A DNA stretch of 64,000 nucleotides from Dicyema japonicum (Eukaryota; Animalia; Dicyemida), in assembly GCA_011109175.1 (NCBI GenBank), contig RDEW01000014.1:1010519-1074518 (forward strand). The letters run 5' to 3'. The notes beneath the pieces were generated by a model. It was not told the origin of the DNA and did not search any database. It saw nothing but the letters and a program-made list of their open reading frames with translations. Shown here piece by piece: positions 39,575 to 51,928 of the stretch; within the stretch, counting starts at the first letter, position 1, and each line of letters starts with the position of its first letter. The position numbers and the translations under genes were made by a program.

Positions 39575-39655
39575 ATCTTTCAAATTCGAACCCAAGACCT
39601 TCAGTTCCGATTTCATCAGACGTTACGTTTAGCCAGAAGGCTGCGAGCAAGAGCA
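39575..39655 (-). repeat. Degenerate tRNA-like segment, possibly a SINE head
   Basis: Reverse strand shows A-box-like TGGCTAAAC and B-box GGGTTCGAAT, with GAAGGTC between them. Acceptor stem not closed. Confidence 0.35.
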
Positions 39656-40169
39656 TGGCTCAATTATTGATAGATTATTTAATTTATTTTTTAAAAATTG
39701 TTTACAATATGACGAACCTTTTAGTTCATTAGTACGTTATTCGGCGTGTGATTTCCACGTTGTTGTGGTTGCTTATTTTCTTTTTCTGTTGTATTGTCAT
39801 ATATTTTTCGTGTATATTATTGGATCATCAAATAGTATTGAAGGCTGTTACAAAATGTTTAATGTATGTATATTTTGGTAACCTATAAAAATGGATTATT
39901 CTCTACTATTTGATTTTTCTATATTTTTATTGCATAATTTTTCTACTGAAACATAATAGAATGGAGAGACGTATTTTTATGGCTGTTGCAATTTATTTCC
40001 CTAAAAATGTATGAACATTTGCATTTTCATCAAAATTGAAGATGATTTCAGTAACATATTGTGTTTATTCTTTAATTATTATTATAGGCAACCATCGTAG
40101 AAACATATTGTTATATTTCCATACGTGCGGCACTTAAAGCATTTTTTGATCCATTCTCACCTGTTACAC

Positions 40170-40450
40170 AGCAAACTTCTCATAGCATCCAGATCCTCTC
40201 ACTTACGAGCCTCCGGTTGATTGCCTTGAGATCCTCATCCAGCACCCCCGGTAGCGTAGTACGCGGGCGTCCCCTGTTATTTCTTTCACTTGCAGCGAAA
40301 TTTTCCTCCATTGCCAAATTTGCAGATGATGTGGGGTCCATCCGTAGGACGTGTCCAAACAGTTTCTATCGGGCCACCACCACATCCCAAGTCACAGGTC
40401 GTTTTGAGCACTTTCGGTATAGCCACAATATCTCCGCAGATCATTAATTT
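40170..40450 (-). mobile_element. RTE-like LINE 3' fragment
   Basis: LFGHVLRMD...ANLAMEENF...RGRPRTTLPGVLDEDL on the - strand. Confidence 0.75.
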
Positions 40451-40860
40451 GCACATTTGGAGTCACCTGGATCGATAGAACGTACTTCAAATAACTGAAA
40501 TGTCTTGAGCAGGTTTCCCTGATTCTCATATTTAGATTCGTATTTTTGGACTGTCCAAGATTGTTTGATCGCAATTGGAAAATAGTCAAATTTTAACAAT
40601 TCAGACTTTAAATGGTTCTGCAAATTCAAAATCATTTCATTAATGTTTTCGGCTACAGTGTTTCTGGGTAATGAAATATTGTTAAACAACTGGGCTTTGT
40701 CTGACAAATAATTTTTGCTGTTTTACAAGTGGGCGTTGTCTGACAAATAAATTCTGTGTTGTAAAGAATGTTTATTTTTGCTGTTGCGGACAGAAACGTT
40801 ATCAAAATGGGTCCCGATGCTACCAGCGGGAAAGGCACACAAAGTGTTTCAAAAACCTAG
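40444..40860 (-). mobile_element. hAT transposase fragment, Buster/SPIN-like
   Basis: FNNISLPRNTVAENINEM...LKSELLKFDYFPIAI matches the .SLSR.TV...I..+ ... +FSLA motif. Confidence 0.6.
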
Positions 40861-41464
40861 ATTCTGTCAAAAATTAACACCAATATTTAATAATTTAATT
40901 AATGCAAGAAAGTCTTAAAAATCATTATTTATTGAAAAATAATCATTAATTCTATTTCCATATCCTTAGTTTTCCATCAAACTACTGAATAAATTTTGTC
41001 TGAAGCAGTAAAAATCCTTTAACGAACTTGGACCAATATCTAGAACTGGTTCTTCCAATTCATTATTTTTTACAACTTCTTCGATCATCGTATTTTTATT
41101 TTGCACAACATTATAAAAAATTCATTATTATCGCTGCTTTCCGGACTTTGCAAAACTTCGTCCATTCGATGCTTTACAGCTTGTAAAGTTCAATTTAGTT
41201 GCAATTTTCATACCTCAAGATGCAAGAAAAAGCAAAATTACCAATTTTTTAATAAAAGGACCAGAAACTGGAATATTTTGGAGTCGTAATTGTTGAAACT
41301 ATCCAAAGTTTTAAAAATATCGTCAGTTTTTGTTTGAGATCGAAAATTTGAAATAATGTTTCCATGGGTTATGTACGGCATAATCGTTTTTTTATTCGAC
41401 CTATTGTGCCAATGCTCGTTTATTATATTTCCGAGCAAGTTTTATTTTTATTTATTTTAATAAC

Positions 41465-42030
41465 CCCGGGAACACCGAGAAAGAAAGACAAAAGAGTCAA
41501 ACAGTTCGGTGATCCCAGTCCCCGCAATCAATTGTGCCATTCGACGTCTGTGATCTTCGATTGTCCCCACTACTTCCCGGAAGAGCCTTCTCTCGGTCTT
41601 GCAGAGGAATCGGGGAGGGGAATTTCCTATCCAATCGGTTTTCTCTTGTCATGGAAGTGATCAGGCGAAGCGGGTTTCCATCTTCCTCACAGACGCGAAG
41701 AAATCCGGAACCACGACTACGGGTTTTAGCTTCCATGAGTAGTAGGTCGACTGTTGATCCATTTGTTGGCAAAGCATACTGATGGTTTTCTGGTGTATTG
41801 AGTTGACTCTGTGGACCATAGTCTCCGATAGCGCGAATCTTCATGGAACGGAGGCATACTCAACGGCTAGCGCGATTGTTTGTTGGTAGAAACAGAAAAG
41901 TCCGTATTCCTCGGGGTCCTCCGGGCAAGGACCTTAATTTTCTGGAGGCCCCTGGTAATCATGTCTTTTTGCGTGGGAGTTAATATTGAGTAGACTGTCG
42001 TACTTGACTCCAAGGACAGTGGGGGACCTT
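41465..42030 (-). mobile_element. Jockey/I-group-like LINE 3' part
   Basis: LGVKYDSLLNINSH, YQQTIALAVEYASVP, C-terminus RRLFREVVGTIEDHRRRMAQLIAGTGIT. Confidence 0.7.
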
Positions 42031-42579
42031 GTCACTGGAATCCGAGTGGATCAATAAAGATACTCGGTTCATCTCTAGAACGACGGTCCGAAGTGAAGAT
42101 GGTACAAATATACTTTCTCGTAACTAAGGGCAAATACTCTGTGTGAATGATTTTTCAGGAGTATTCGAGCAATTTTAACTTTTTTCGTAACTAAGACTCA
42201 TAATGATTTGGTGTGGAGTTTTTTTATTTAAAAATAATTCATTTTTTTCATGACTAGAAATAAAAAATAGTAGTAAATTCAGTTTCATATCGAGGTCGGA
42301 CTGTAGCTAGCAGTTTCGTTTTTTTCTTAGTTTTTGATATGCTGATTGTCCAATGTAAATAGAAGTTGCTGTATGCGAATCATGAGTTGTTGGCAAGAAT
42401 TGGCATCTTCTTGGAATATGGCTGGTATGTAATTTGAACTGATTTATTAAACAATCTTAAGTCACGAAGGAATCGATGCCACTTTCAATGTGTCACACTC
42501 CTCGTTTATGAAATTCCTTTTTGTTGAGCATCAAGGATGGCTTATAATGTGTCTTTCGTTTGAGTCCATTTAATTTTGC

Positions 42580-42900
42580 ATTAATACTCCCCCTCATGGA
42601 CACTGGACCGCTAAAGTGACGGAACAAGTTTTACAGATGACTTTTAAGCCCCATATTATTAATTAATTCTGAATGCCAATAAAGTTACCACCACGTGGAC
42701 CCAGTTCTTACGATTACATTTACAGAGTGACAATGGCTTCCTGCACACAAGTCCATTTATAATCATCGTGGTGGGGATCCTTCCAATACAATCTCAAATG
42801 TAATGGGGGAGTACAAATCATTTTTTGATGCAGTCCTTGCACTGGGTACTTTCTAAAACAGATGATACTTATTTAACCATGAAAACTGTTGCCGATCAAT
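42580..42900 (+). pseudogene. Possible retroviral-type integrase relic
   Basis: HGHW..KVT-like and LQSDNG motifs, then a decayed YN.KCNG.V segment. Very degenerate. Confidence 0.3.
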
Positions 42901-43739
42901 CCTTGAGATGCCATTTGGTAGAAGTTACCGATCTTAAAAACAATCACTTCACTTCTAGCACCAAGAAAGTTGACGAACCAGAATCTATGGCTTTCAGGGA
43001 TATCTGACTGAATATTTTTCAAGTTAAGTTTTTCTGAATCAAACGCTTTATGAATATATACTGAACAGAGGACAGTCTTTATACGCCTTAATTTATTTTA
43101 GAATTCAGTACGGACAAAATTTGTCAATGGTTAAATGGATGGAAGAAAAGCGTTCAGTTTTGAATACGCAAAAAATACATATCGGTACAACATTCTTAAT
43201 TTTTGCAGAGACTAATATTTTTGTCATTATACTAGTAACTAAAAGATTCGCCTGAATGAAGCTGGATTGTTCTTGTTTCTCCCAGGTTAGAATTGTTCGT
43301 ATATGAGAAAGTTTCCATATTGTGGGTATTATGTTTTGCTAATATGTTGAATAACCAGGTTAGGGCTTTAATACTTAATAGTCTCAGATTTTTAAGTAAT
43401 ATGATTGGAATCCCCCACGTTCAAAAGGAAATGTTGAATGAATTTTTTCAATACTTTCACTACGTCAATTTTTTATAATAATGTTGATTCTGGCGCTATC
43501 TCAAGTTTTATTTAAGCGAATGAAAGGACGGAAGACGTTTGGTGATTTAAACATGGAATTTTACATTTTAGGGGATCTTGACCTACCTCAAATCTAGGGA
43601 AATTTTTTCCATAAAATGCCATTTTTTCAGTGAAGGGTCATTTTTTTATTAATGAGTTAAATTATATAATTTTTTAATGTTTTACTTTTTTTAATTTAAA
43701 AACCAAGAATCACCGACAAAAACAAAGGAAGGTAGAGGC

Positions 43740-43890
43740 CATCAGGTGACCCCGGTCTCCTTGAGCAGCCGCCTCATCTTTCCTCGGTGTTTCTTCCGAG
43801 TGCCGACGCACTTCCTGTATGGACGAATCACTTTTCGGAAGTTTAGAGGTTTTGGCTGAGCTCCCGTTCTCCCTACGAGTTCCTTGAACG
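43740..43890 (-). mobile_element. Jockey/I-group-like LINE 3' tip
   Basis: RKCVGTRKKHRGKMRRLLKETGVT* aligns with the family C-terminus at 41500. Confidence 0.55.
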
Positions 43891-43949
43891 GGGTTGGTTT
43901 TAATGACGAGGATGAGGATCTTTGTAGGGTTTTCACTTCTTGCTTACAG

Positions 43950-45120
43950 ATTTTCTACGTCTATCTTGTTAAAATCCTCGCTTCCCAGTCAAGTTGGAGT
44001 CGGAGTTCGTCATGGATGTGAGGCAGCCGTTCACTCTGTCAGGACATTCAGGAACCGCAGCATTCACGACTTTAAAAGACACAGTATGATAAAGCTGGAT
44101 ATCAAGAACGCTTTTAACAGGTTAAGATGGGACTGCATTCTGGAGGCCTGCAAAGAAAGATTCCCATATATATTTGAACTGGTCAATTATTCATATGGAA
44201 AGCCTACGTCACTATTGCACAAGGATTTCATGGTTCCATCGTCCTCAGGTGTTCAACAAGGAGACCCCCTTGGACCACTGCTGCTCTCCCTCGGAATTGA
44301 GAAAATTACGAAGCTCTCTCGATTCCCACTTAACATCTGGTACCTCAATGACGCTGTCTCAGAAAATCCCCCGGAAACGGTCTTCCAGGAGTTAACAGTA
44401 CTCATTCCCGTGTTATCCGAGGTGGGTCTTGAGTTGAGTACAACGAAATGTGAAATAACAAACTGTGGTCTTGCTGACGATGACTTCTCTTCAATTGTTC
44501 CGAAATTTTATTCCTTGTTTTCTGATGGGATTTCCACCCCTGAAAACGAATTGATTTTTCTTGGATCCCCGATCACTAGGAATGCGATTGAAGCATGTCC
44601 TCCTTGACAAAAAACAATCCTATGCGAATCGTGACAGATTACAGCTACTTGACTCGCACTCATCACTATTCCTCATGAAAAGAAGTCTTAACATTCAGAG
44701 AATCGCCTATTTACTCAGGACAGCCCCGTACTATTCCCAACTGGAGCAGCTTGAGCATTTTGATTTTTTTCTCAGCTCGACGGAGCAAATATTTAATGTC
44801 AAATTCGACGATGCTACATGAAAGCAAGCTACACTCCCAGTTAGATTTGGGGGTCTTGGAATCCGTCGTACTTTGGACGTCTCACTTCCTGTACATCTGT
44901 CTTCACTCACGGCCTGCGAACCATTGGTCAGGAGGATTCTACACTCCCTACCCGAATTCTCAATTGACCAAGACATAATCCACGCACGAGAAGCCTGGAA
45001 TTCCACCAACCTCCCCTGCCTCCTTCACAAGACTGTCAGCGAAACCTGGACAAATTATTGTGTTGGAAATCACTGGAATCAGCCAATCAGCATCGACGCG
45101 CTTGTTTGCTTTCGGAGCTC
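43950..45120 (+). mobile_element. CRE-clade retrotransposon, RT/thumb fragment
   Basis: QVGVGVRHGCEAAVH, DIKNAFN, GVQQGDPLGPLL, WYLND, PVRFGGLGIR. Confidence 0.85.
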
Positions 45121-45483
45121 ATAATATCAACTTGTTATACATCGATCTGAATGAGGCAATAATCTTTAAGAGGTTGACTGTATTTGAACATTGTCAAAGT
45201 CGAGATTCACAATTTTCGCTAAATTACATTTAAGGATCTTTAGCNTTACTCAAAAAATAATCATTATTTTGTGTCGCCAATTATTATGAGGCTTATTCGT
45301 GAGAAGAATTGCCTAAGGGCAAAACAAAGGCGTTGTGTCGACAAAATAGACGGGAATTCATATCAGCCAGAATCAGGATGATGAAGGAAGCAATCAGCAG
45401 TACATGGAAGGAGGAGACTGACCGTATTAGGACAATTTTATAGTTGAAATAGGACAATTTCCGCCCTAATAATAAGATTATGA

Positions 45484-47431
45484 CAAAGCTGTGGAGTCGG
45501 AGTCGAGGGGGTTTTGGTATAGTTGGAGTCGGAGTCAGTGATAATAAGGTAGACTTTGACTCCTTCTTGATAGCAAATTTTGTTTATTAGTATGACAAAA
45601 TTCAAATATTAATTGTAGTAGCAAAATTAGATGTAATTATAAAATATTTAAAAATGGTATATAAACGTGTTTTTAAATGTTAAATAAGGTTAAGTCGGCT
45701 GTTTTTGAATATTCACATTAATTCCTGATGTCCTATATTATGTTTGCCAATGTTTAAAACAAAATGGAAAGAGGATATATTCATTTTGTGGAAATGATAA
45801 AAATGCGCCTACGAGGGGTTCAAATCTCAAGAGCCATTTATTGAGATTCCATCCAAATATTCTAAATATTGTTGATAAAAAGGATTCAAACAATGACATT
45901 CAATAGTGTTAGTTTTCCTTTGATGTGCCCTCAGAAAATACTACATCTCCATGTCAGTCAGTATTAAATAAGTTTTTTTCAATCTGATAAAATAACTTCT
46001 TTTTTTTTATTTAAAAAATTTTTTTAACAATTAAACAAATGTCAGTTGAGGAAGCCTGCTGCGTGGATTGCGAACGAGTTCCCTCGGAGTATGGCCATTC
46101 CAATCTTTTGTCTTAGCCATAACCCTTCTCGCTGATCCCTTTTCTTTCTGGCAAGCAATCCTCCGAGTTCTCGCAAAAACTCAGCTGTCATTGGACCAAC
46201 GGCTCCCGATGATTCGGTCTCAACAGGAGTAAATTAGTAGCGATCCCCGAGGCAAGAATATTTCTTGATTTTTAGGTTCTCCGCAGTCGAAGCAGCATAA
46301 CTATAAAATAACTATATTCATGGATACTGAAAAATTTTTAAATGCATCTCATTTAACTTGTTTCTGTTAATTGTGTACCTCTCACTTTTTTTCGCAACAA
46401 GGATTTCTTGGATTTAATGGAGAAATACCCAAGAAGTTAGGCATTTCACTAGAGAGACAAAGTATACGAAATCTCGTTATTGACGAAGCCACAAATGAAA
46501 AAACTATTTGAAAACTCTCCTCGTTGTAAAGTTATTATATATTAAGATGGATTGTACTACACGACACCAAGTAAATTATTTTACAATTAATGCACGATTC
46601 TATTCTCCGAATGGCCAAGTTGTTACAATGACATTAGCATTAAAAGACACTGCAGCTCACCATGACAGTAATCATCTGAAAAAATGGTTGAAGAGGTTCT
46701 TGAAAATTATGAAATTAAATTTTGTGCATAGTTGCCGACGATGCTGCGAACATGATAAAATTAATAGCCAAGATAAATGATACAACTCAGAGAGATGTTG
46801 AAGAAAATCATGATTCTGATGATATATTAGATAACATCACTGAGGATATATCAGTGTTATGACAAAAATCAAGAGACTGGAATCACAAAACGTAAGGATA
46901 CATATAATATTGACATTCAAATTGAGCCCAGTTCCTCATCGTCGAATGACGATTTCGAAAATTATTTGAACAAAATTGAAAGTGCAAAACGAATTAAAAC
47001 CGGCCACTTAAGACCTTTGAATTCAAAATTGCAACTCTTAAAACAAGAATTCGATTCCGCGGCTGATGTGATACTTCAATACCATCGTTATTGTCAAATA
47101 CCACTTCATGATCTTATTGAGTATTACCCTGAAGCTATCTATAAATCAGCTATGATATCTCTTGCTCTACCTCTTACACAAGTCAGCGTAGAAAGGCTGT
47201 TTTCTGGGTTAAAATTTATCAAATCAGACCTACGAGCTTCTATGAAGGAAGACCTGATCGAAGCTATATTATTCCTAAAAGATAATAGTTAAAATTTCTT
47301 TTCTGAATGTTTTTTTCTTTTTTCTGTTATTCTTACAACGTACGAATTTTAAATAATAACCTGAGTCGGAACGGAGAAATAATCTTTGAGTAGTCGGAGT
47401 CGTGCTATATTTTACCGACTTCACAGCCCTG
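45484..47431 (+). mobile_element. hAT DNA transposon, internally deleted
   Basis: 17-bp imperfect TIRs (CAAAGCTGTGGAGTCGG / CAGGGCTGTGAAGTCGG) with subterminal GAGTCG repeats. Flanks GATTATGA / GATTATAG form a 6/8 match to an 8-bp TSD. hAT dimerisation motif LPLTQVSVERLFSGLK. Confidence 0.85.
46030..46300 (-). mobile_element. CRE-clade 3' fragment nested in the hAT
   Basis: FTPVETESSGAVGP...FLRELG...KIGMAILRGNS on the - strand. Confidence 0.7.
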
Positions 47432-47592
47432 GATTATAGTCACTTGAAAAACCATATCGGACGTTCCAATAATGAGTTAGACCATAATATACAGGTGCAT
47501 CAGTAATTTAGGTTGCTGACAGAAATAATAAATTTATAAATTAAAGAATTTAAATTAAATAAAATCCCATGAAAAATTAAAGTAATAGGGAA

Positions 47593-48140
47593 TTAACGGT
47601 AAGACTTTTGATATCTCGCACGCGCTCCGGGACCACCAAATTTCTTAGATTCCCGCCTTCTTGGATCAGCACGAAGTAGAGACTGATCATATTGCATGAG
47701 AGCAGTCTCCATCTCGATCTTGCTGGCCTCGTCCTTATCTAATATAATCACAAACAGCTCACATTTTCCATAGTAAGCAACCACTCCCTTAGCGATGGCC
47801 TGGCGAATAGCTAATGCCATTAAATATAAAAAATAAATTTGAGAGACTATCCCTCCGCCAGAGACTCTAACTCGGATGTCTAGATCGCGGAAAGTCTCCT
47901 CTTTGAGAGCTATGATGGGATCCCAAAGCTGAAATTAATTATAGTATTACTTTTGGCCAGAGAACAGATGGTTGCCATATGTTAAGAATCTTGTTATTGA
48001 CTCTAATCATCCCACGTCCAGCACGGACTAAGGCTACTGCTTTGGCAGTTTTCTAGTGCATATTCATTTATTAATACTTTAGTTCCATACACTTGGACGT
48101 AATCATTACAGTTTTTTCTCTCATTAGTTGACTTTACCAT
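47593..48140 (-). CDS. RPS16: 40S ribosomal protein S16 (uS9)
   Basis: VQVYGTK|KTAKAVA...[11 protein letters not shown]...AIRQAIAK...[25 protein letters not shown] introns 48053-48077 (25), 47929-47950 (22), 47739-47762 (24). One intron-like 21-nt insert at 47811-47831 lacks GT. Confidence 0.96.
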
Positions 48141-50383
48141 AAGAGGCACGTGAAGAAACTATAAATTTTAATTTTACTATTTTAATTTAATCGTTAAAAT
48201 AAATATTTTAATTAATATTTGAACAATTTATTATCAGAGTAAGGAATTTATTCTGAGATTTCTAGCGTAATCATCGCGTGGCATCATGTGGTGCTACGTG
48301 GATAGTTTGTCAAAATTATTTTCTCTCCTTCCGATGGCATCACTGATCCACCTTACAGAGGAGGCGTCCAATGTTTGGCCGGCATCAAGAGGATCCAACA
48401 CTTTTTCTCCGGGACAACGTCGTTACCTGGTGACAAGTTCTGGAATGCTGGAACGAGTCAGGATCGAGGAGTTAGTTAGTTTGTTTACCCTTGGTCCTTG
48501 GAAATAATTTTAATTTTTTTAATTTTAATTGAAGTTTTTTTTTCTCCGACGAGATGTTTTACAGTGTATAATGTCTATACCCTGCCTCAGGGGTCATGTA
48601 CTACTTTTTACATCCCCAACCTATTGAGACTGTGTGGACTAAAGGATCTCCTACTATGCGGAGATTTGAATGCCAAACATCCGCTTTGGCTCCGGACACA
48701 ATCAGCCGACAATCGTGGAAAGTACATCCTATCTATACTCGACGAATTAATTATTCTCAATAATCCGGATTCCCATACGAGGACCCCAATCCGAAGAGGG
48801 GATAGCCTAACTTCACCGGACTTATCATTATGCACCCCTCCCTTGCTGGATACTTACATGGGATGTTCTTTATGGTTTTACAAGCGACCATAACCCAATT
48901 GTTTTGAAACTGAAAAGATCAATCTGTCTGCCAAGATGTTCTACAAAGTTCAAAAACTATTCTAAGGCAAATTGGTTTGAATTCAGCACGTATGTGGATA
49001 ATTGTCTATCGGGACTCGCTGTGAAAGACTTCCCTATTGACAAGGCAGCCATGATGTTAACTTCAGTTATTCAAAAAGCGGACAGAATGTTCATCCCAAT
49101 ATCCTCTTACAGAAAATTCAATCTGAAACTATCTTCGGGCATCCTGGAACTTATCAAGAAACGGGATGCTTTGAAGAAAACCGGAATGCAATCAGATAGC
49201 TCTATATCGTCCATACTCTCTAAATCCCAGAATTTCCCAACTAATCTGTGATAAACACAGACACAAGTGGAGTCGGCTTGTCGGTCGACTATGCCACAAG
49301 AACTCGTGCGGAACCTTATGGAAGACACTAAAGAGTATCAACAGCCTCACAAAGGAAGATGACGGCGGAGTGAAAACCGTTGCCCCGGAACATTCACGGA
49401 AACTCGTTAATAACCTCATGAAATACTATGAGTCGATCAGCCACAAGGACTTCTTTCGATCTCTACATATCAAACAAGGTGGTCCACAACAGTCGACTTA
49501 TACGACGTTCTTCATTCCCTACGACGTGGAAAGGACTATTAAATTTCTACGACCAACTCGAGCCTGTGGCCCGACGGTCTATGCAATCCACCTTAAACAC
49601 CTAGGACCTCAGGCTCATATTGTGTTATCAAGACTATACAACCAGTCTATAAATTCCCATACAATACCAAACATATGGAAGAACTCATTGATTACTTCAA
49701 TCCTCAAGCCTGGAAAATCAAAAGACATTCCACTCACTTACCTGTCTCCATAACTTGCGCCTTGTCAAAGTGTTGAAGAAGCTTGTACTAATGTTAATTT
49801 CCCCTGTTCTACAATTTCCTGATTTTCAATATGGCTTCAGATCAGGCCGTTCTACAACGACACAATTGAGATCTGTCTTCCAGTTCATCACAGACGGCTT
49901 CTACGTAAAGACTCTGGTGTCTATAGATATACAGAAAGCCTTCGACTCGGTTTCGAGGACTCTCCTAACAAAGAGGGTCTTTAATTCAAATTTACATCCG
50001 AGCATCATGCTATGGCTGGAAAATTTCTTAAATGGCCGACGTGGAAGAGTCCGGATTGGAAAAATTACTTCAAAATCAAGACTACTCCCAAATGGGGTCC
50101 CACAAGGCTCCCCTCTGCCTTACTCTTATTTAACTTATTTCTACACGATTTACCTACTATCAATGATCAGGACACCATGTTTTTATCTTATGCAGACGAC
50201 TTGATTATCGTTGCAAGGGACAAATCTCCCTCCAGGGTTAGTGGCGATGGTTCAGTCACACCTCAACCAGGTGTGACTGGCTATCCATGAATTTGCTGTC
50301 TGTGTATGCATCCAAGTCTCAGTTCACCATATTTACTTCAACTCTGATGACGTTCTCCAGTCACACGGAGGAGGTGTTAACCA

Positions 50384-51928
50384 GGAGTGCGGAAAAAAAG
50401 TCAAGCGGAAAAAAAGTCAAGCGGAAAAAAAGTCAAGTCGTCTTTTTTTAGTTTATATCGCATTTTTGTGATACTACTAGCATCTTTTTAATTTTTAAAA
50501 ATTTTTTCAATACTTGACTTTTTTTCCGCTTGACTTTTTTTCTATTTTTGAAAATTTTTCCCTTATAAATTTTCGAAATTTAGCGCAAAATGGAAAAAAA
50601 GTCAAGTCCGCTAACGAAATCACGGACTTGACTTTTTTTCCGCTTTGGTATAATCGCTTTGACTAAATCAATTTAAGAATTTCAAGGTAATAATAAAATT
50701 TTTTTTTATTATCAAATGAATAAAAATTAAATTAAGGCATCTGAATGGCCATGCTATTTCCCCTAACAATAGCCAACGAGATACGTTCTCGGAACCAACT
50801 AGTCTCTCGCGGATCCTTGGTCACAGCTTGAATCATGGAGCCGATCTTACGAACCAACTCATCTGCTTGGGGGCCAAGGATTCCTAATATAATAAAATTG
50901 ACTTAACTTTTTTCGCTTTGGTTTAATCTTTTTGACCTTGACTTTTTTCGCTTTGGTTTAATCTTTTTGACTTAATCAATATACGGATTTTAAGGTTATA
51001 ATTAGGCATATTTTAAATATTATGCTTGCCCAAAAATAAGAGACAAAATGGAGATAATATCAACTAACAAAGGAGGAAAGAAAATTTGTTTTAAGGGTTA
51101 TATGTATACAAAGCACTCGGTGACAAAAAAAACTATATAATTTTTAAATGTGTGAAAAAATTTTCACAAAGATGCAGAGGAAGCCTAAGAACAGATCATA
51201 ATTTTGAATTTTCCAAAGAAGGAATTTCTCACAATCACGAATTTGACGAAAGTCAAATAAAACTGATGAAATTGTGCAACGAAACAAAACTTATTGCTAA
51301 AACGAGTCAAGAAAATCCCTTACAAATCTAAAACAGTAGAAGCCCTAAAAGCAATTGCATGGAATATTAAATATTCTTTTGATTCACATTAAATAATCCC
51401 TTGATTCACGTTAAATAAAAATCATATGTTTATAACATTTTAAAAAATTTTAAAAGTAGAAAAAATCTGTTTTATTTTTAGAATTTATTTCAACCAGGTG
51501 AGTTTTAGTTGTGGCGGGACATTTTAATGCAATTACAAACTAAAGCATTAACATTAGCCAAAATTAACTATTTAAATAATTTGTTATTCTAAACTCGCTT
51601 ACTTTAAAATGAAACGATCATGAATAAAAATCTTAATTTATAAACGGAAAAAAAGTCAAGTCCGTAATTTCGTTAACGGACTTGACTTTTTTTCCGTTTT
51701 GCGCTAAATTTCGAAAATTTATAAGGGAAAAATTTTCAAAAATGGAAAAAAAGTCAAGTATTGAAAAAATTTTTAAAAATTAAAAGATGCTAGTAGTATC
51801 ACAAAAATGCGATATAAACTAAAAAAGGACGACTTGACTTTTTTTTCCGCTTGACCTTTTTTCCGCTTACGGACTTGACTTTTTTTTCCGCTTGACCTTT
51901 TTTCCACTTGACTTTTTTTCCTACAACC
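50384..51928 (+). mobile_element. Mutator-like (MULE) non-autonomous element, copy 1
   Basis: 8-bp TSD GTTAACCA (50376-50383 and 51929-51936). Long TIRs of about 260-290 bp built from GGAAAAAAAGTCAAG units. FLYWCH relic inside. Confidence 0.9.
51048..51330 (+). pseudogene. FLYWCH zinc-finger N-terminus of a MULE transposase
   Basis: MEIISTNKGGKKICFKGYMYTKH...KC...CRGSLRT...HNH with a stop and a frameshift. Confidence 0.8.

Noticed and set aside
39575-39655. Functional tRNA gene
   Set aside because: Only the A/B boxes are recognisable; acceptor, anticodon and T stems do not pair properly.
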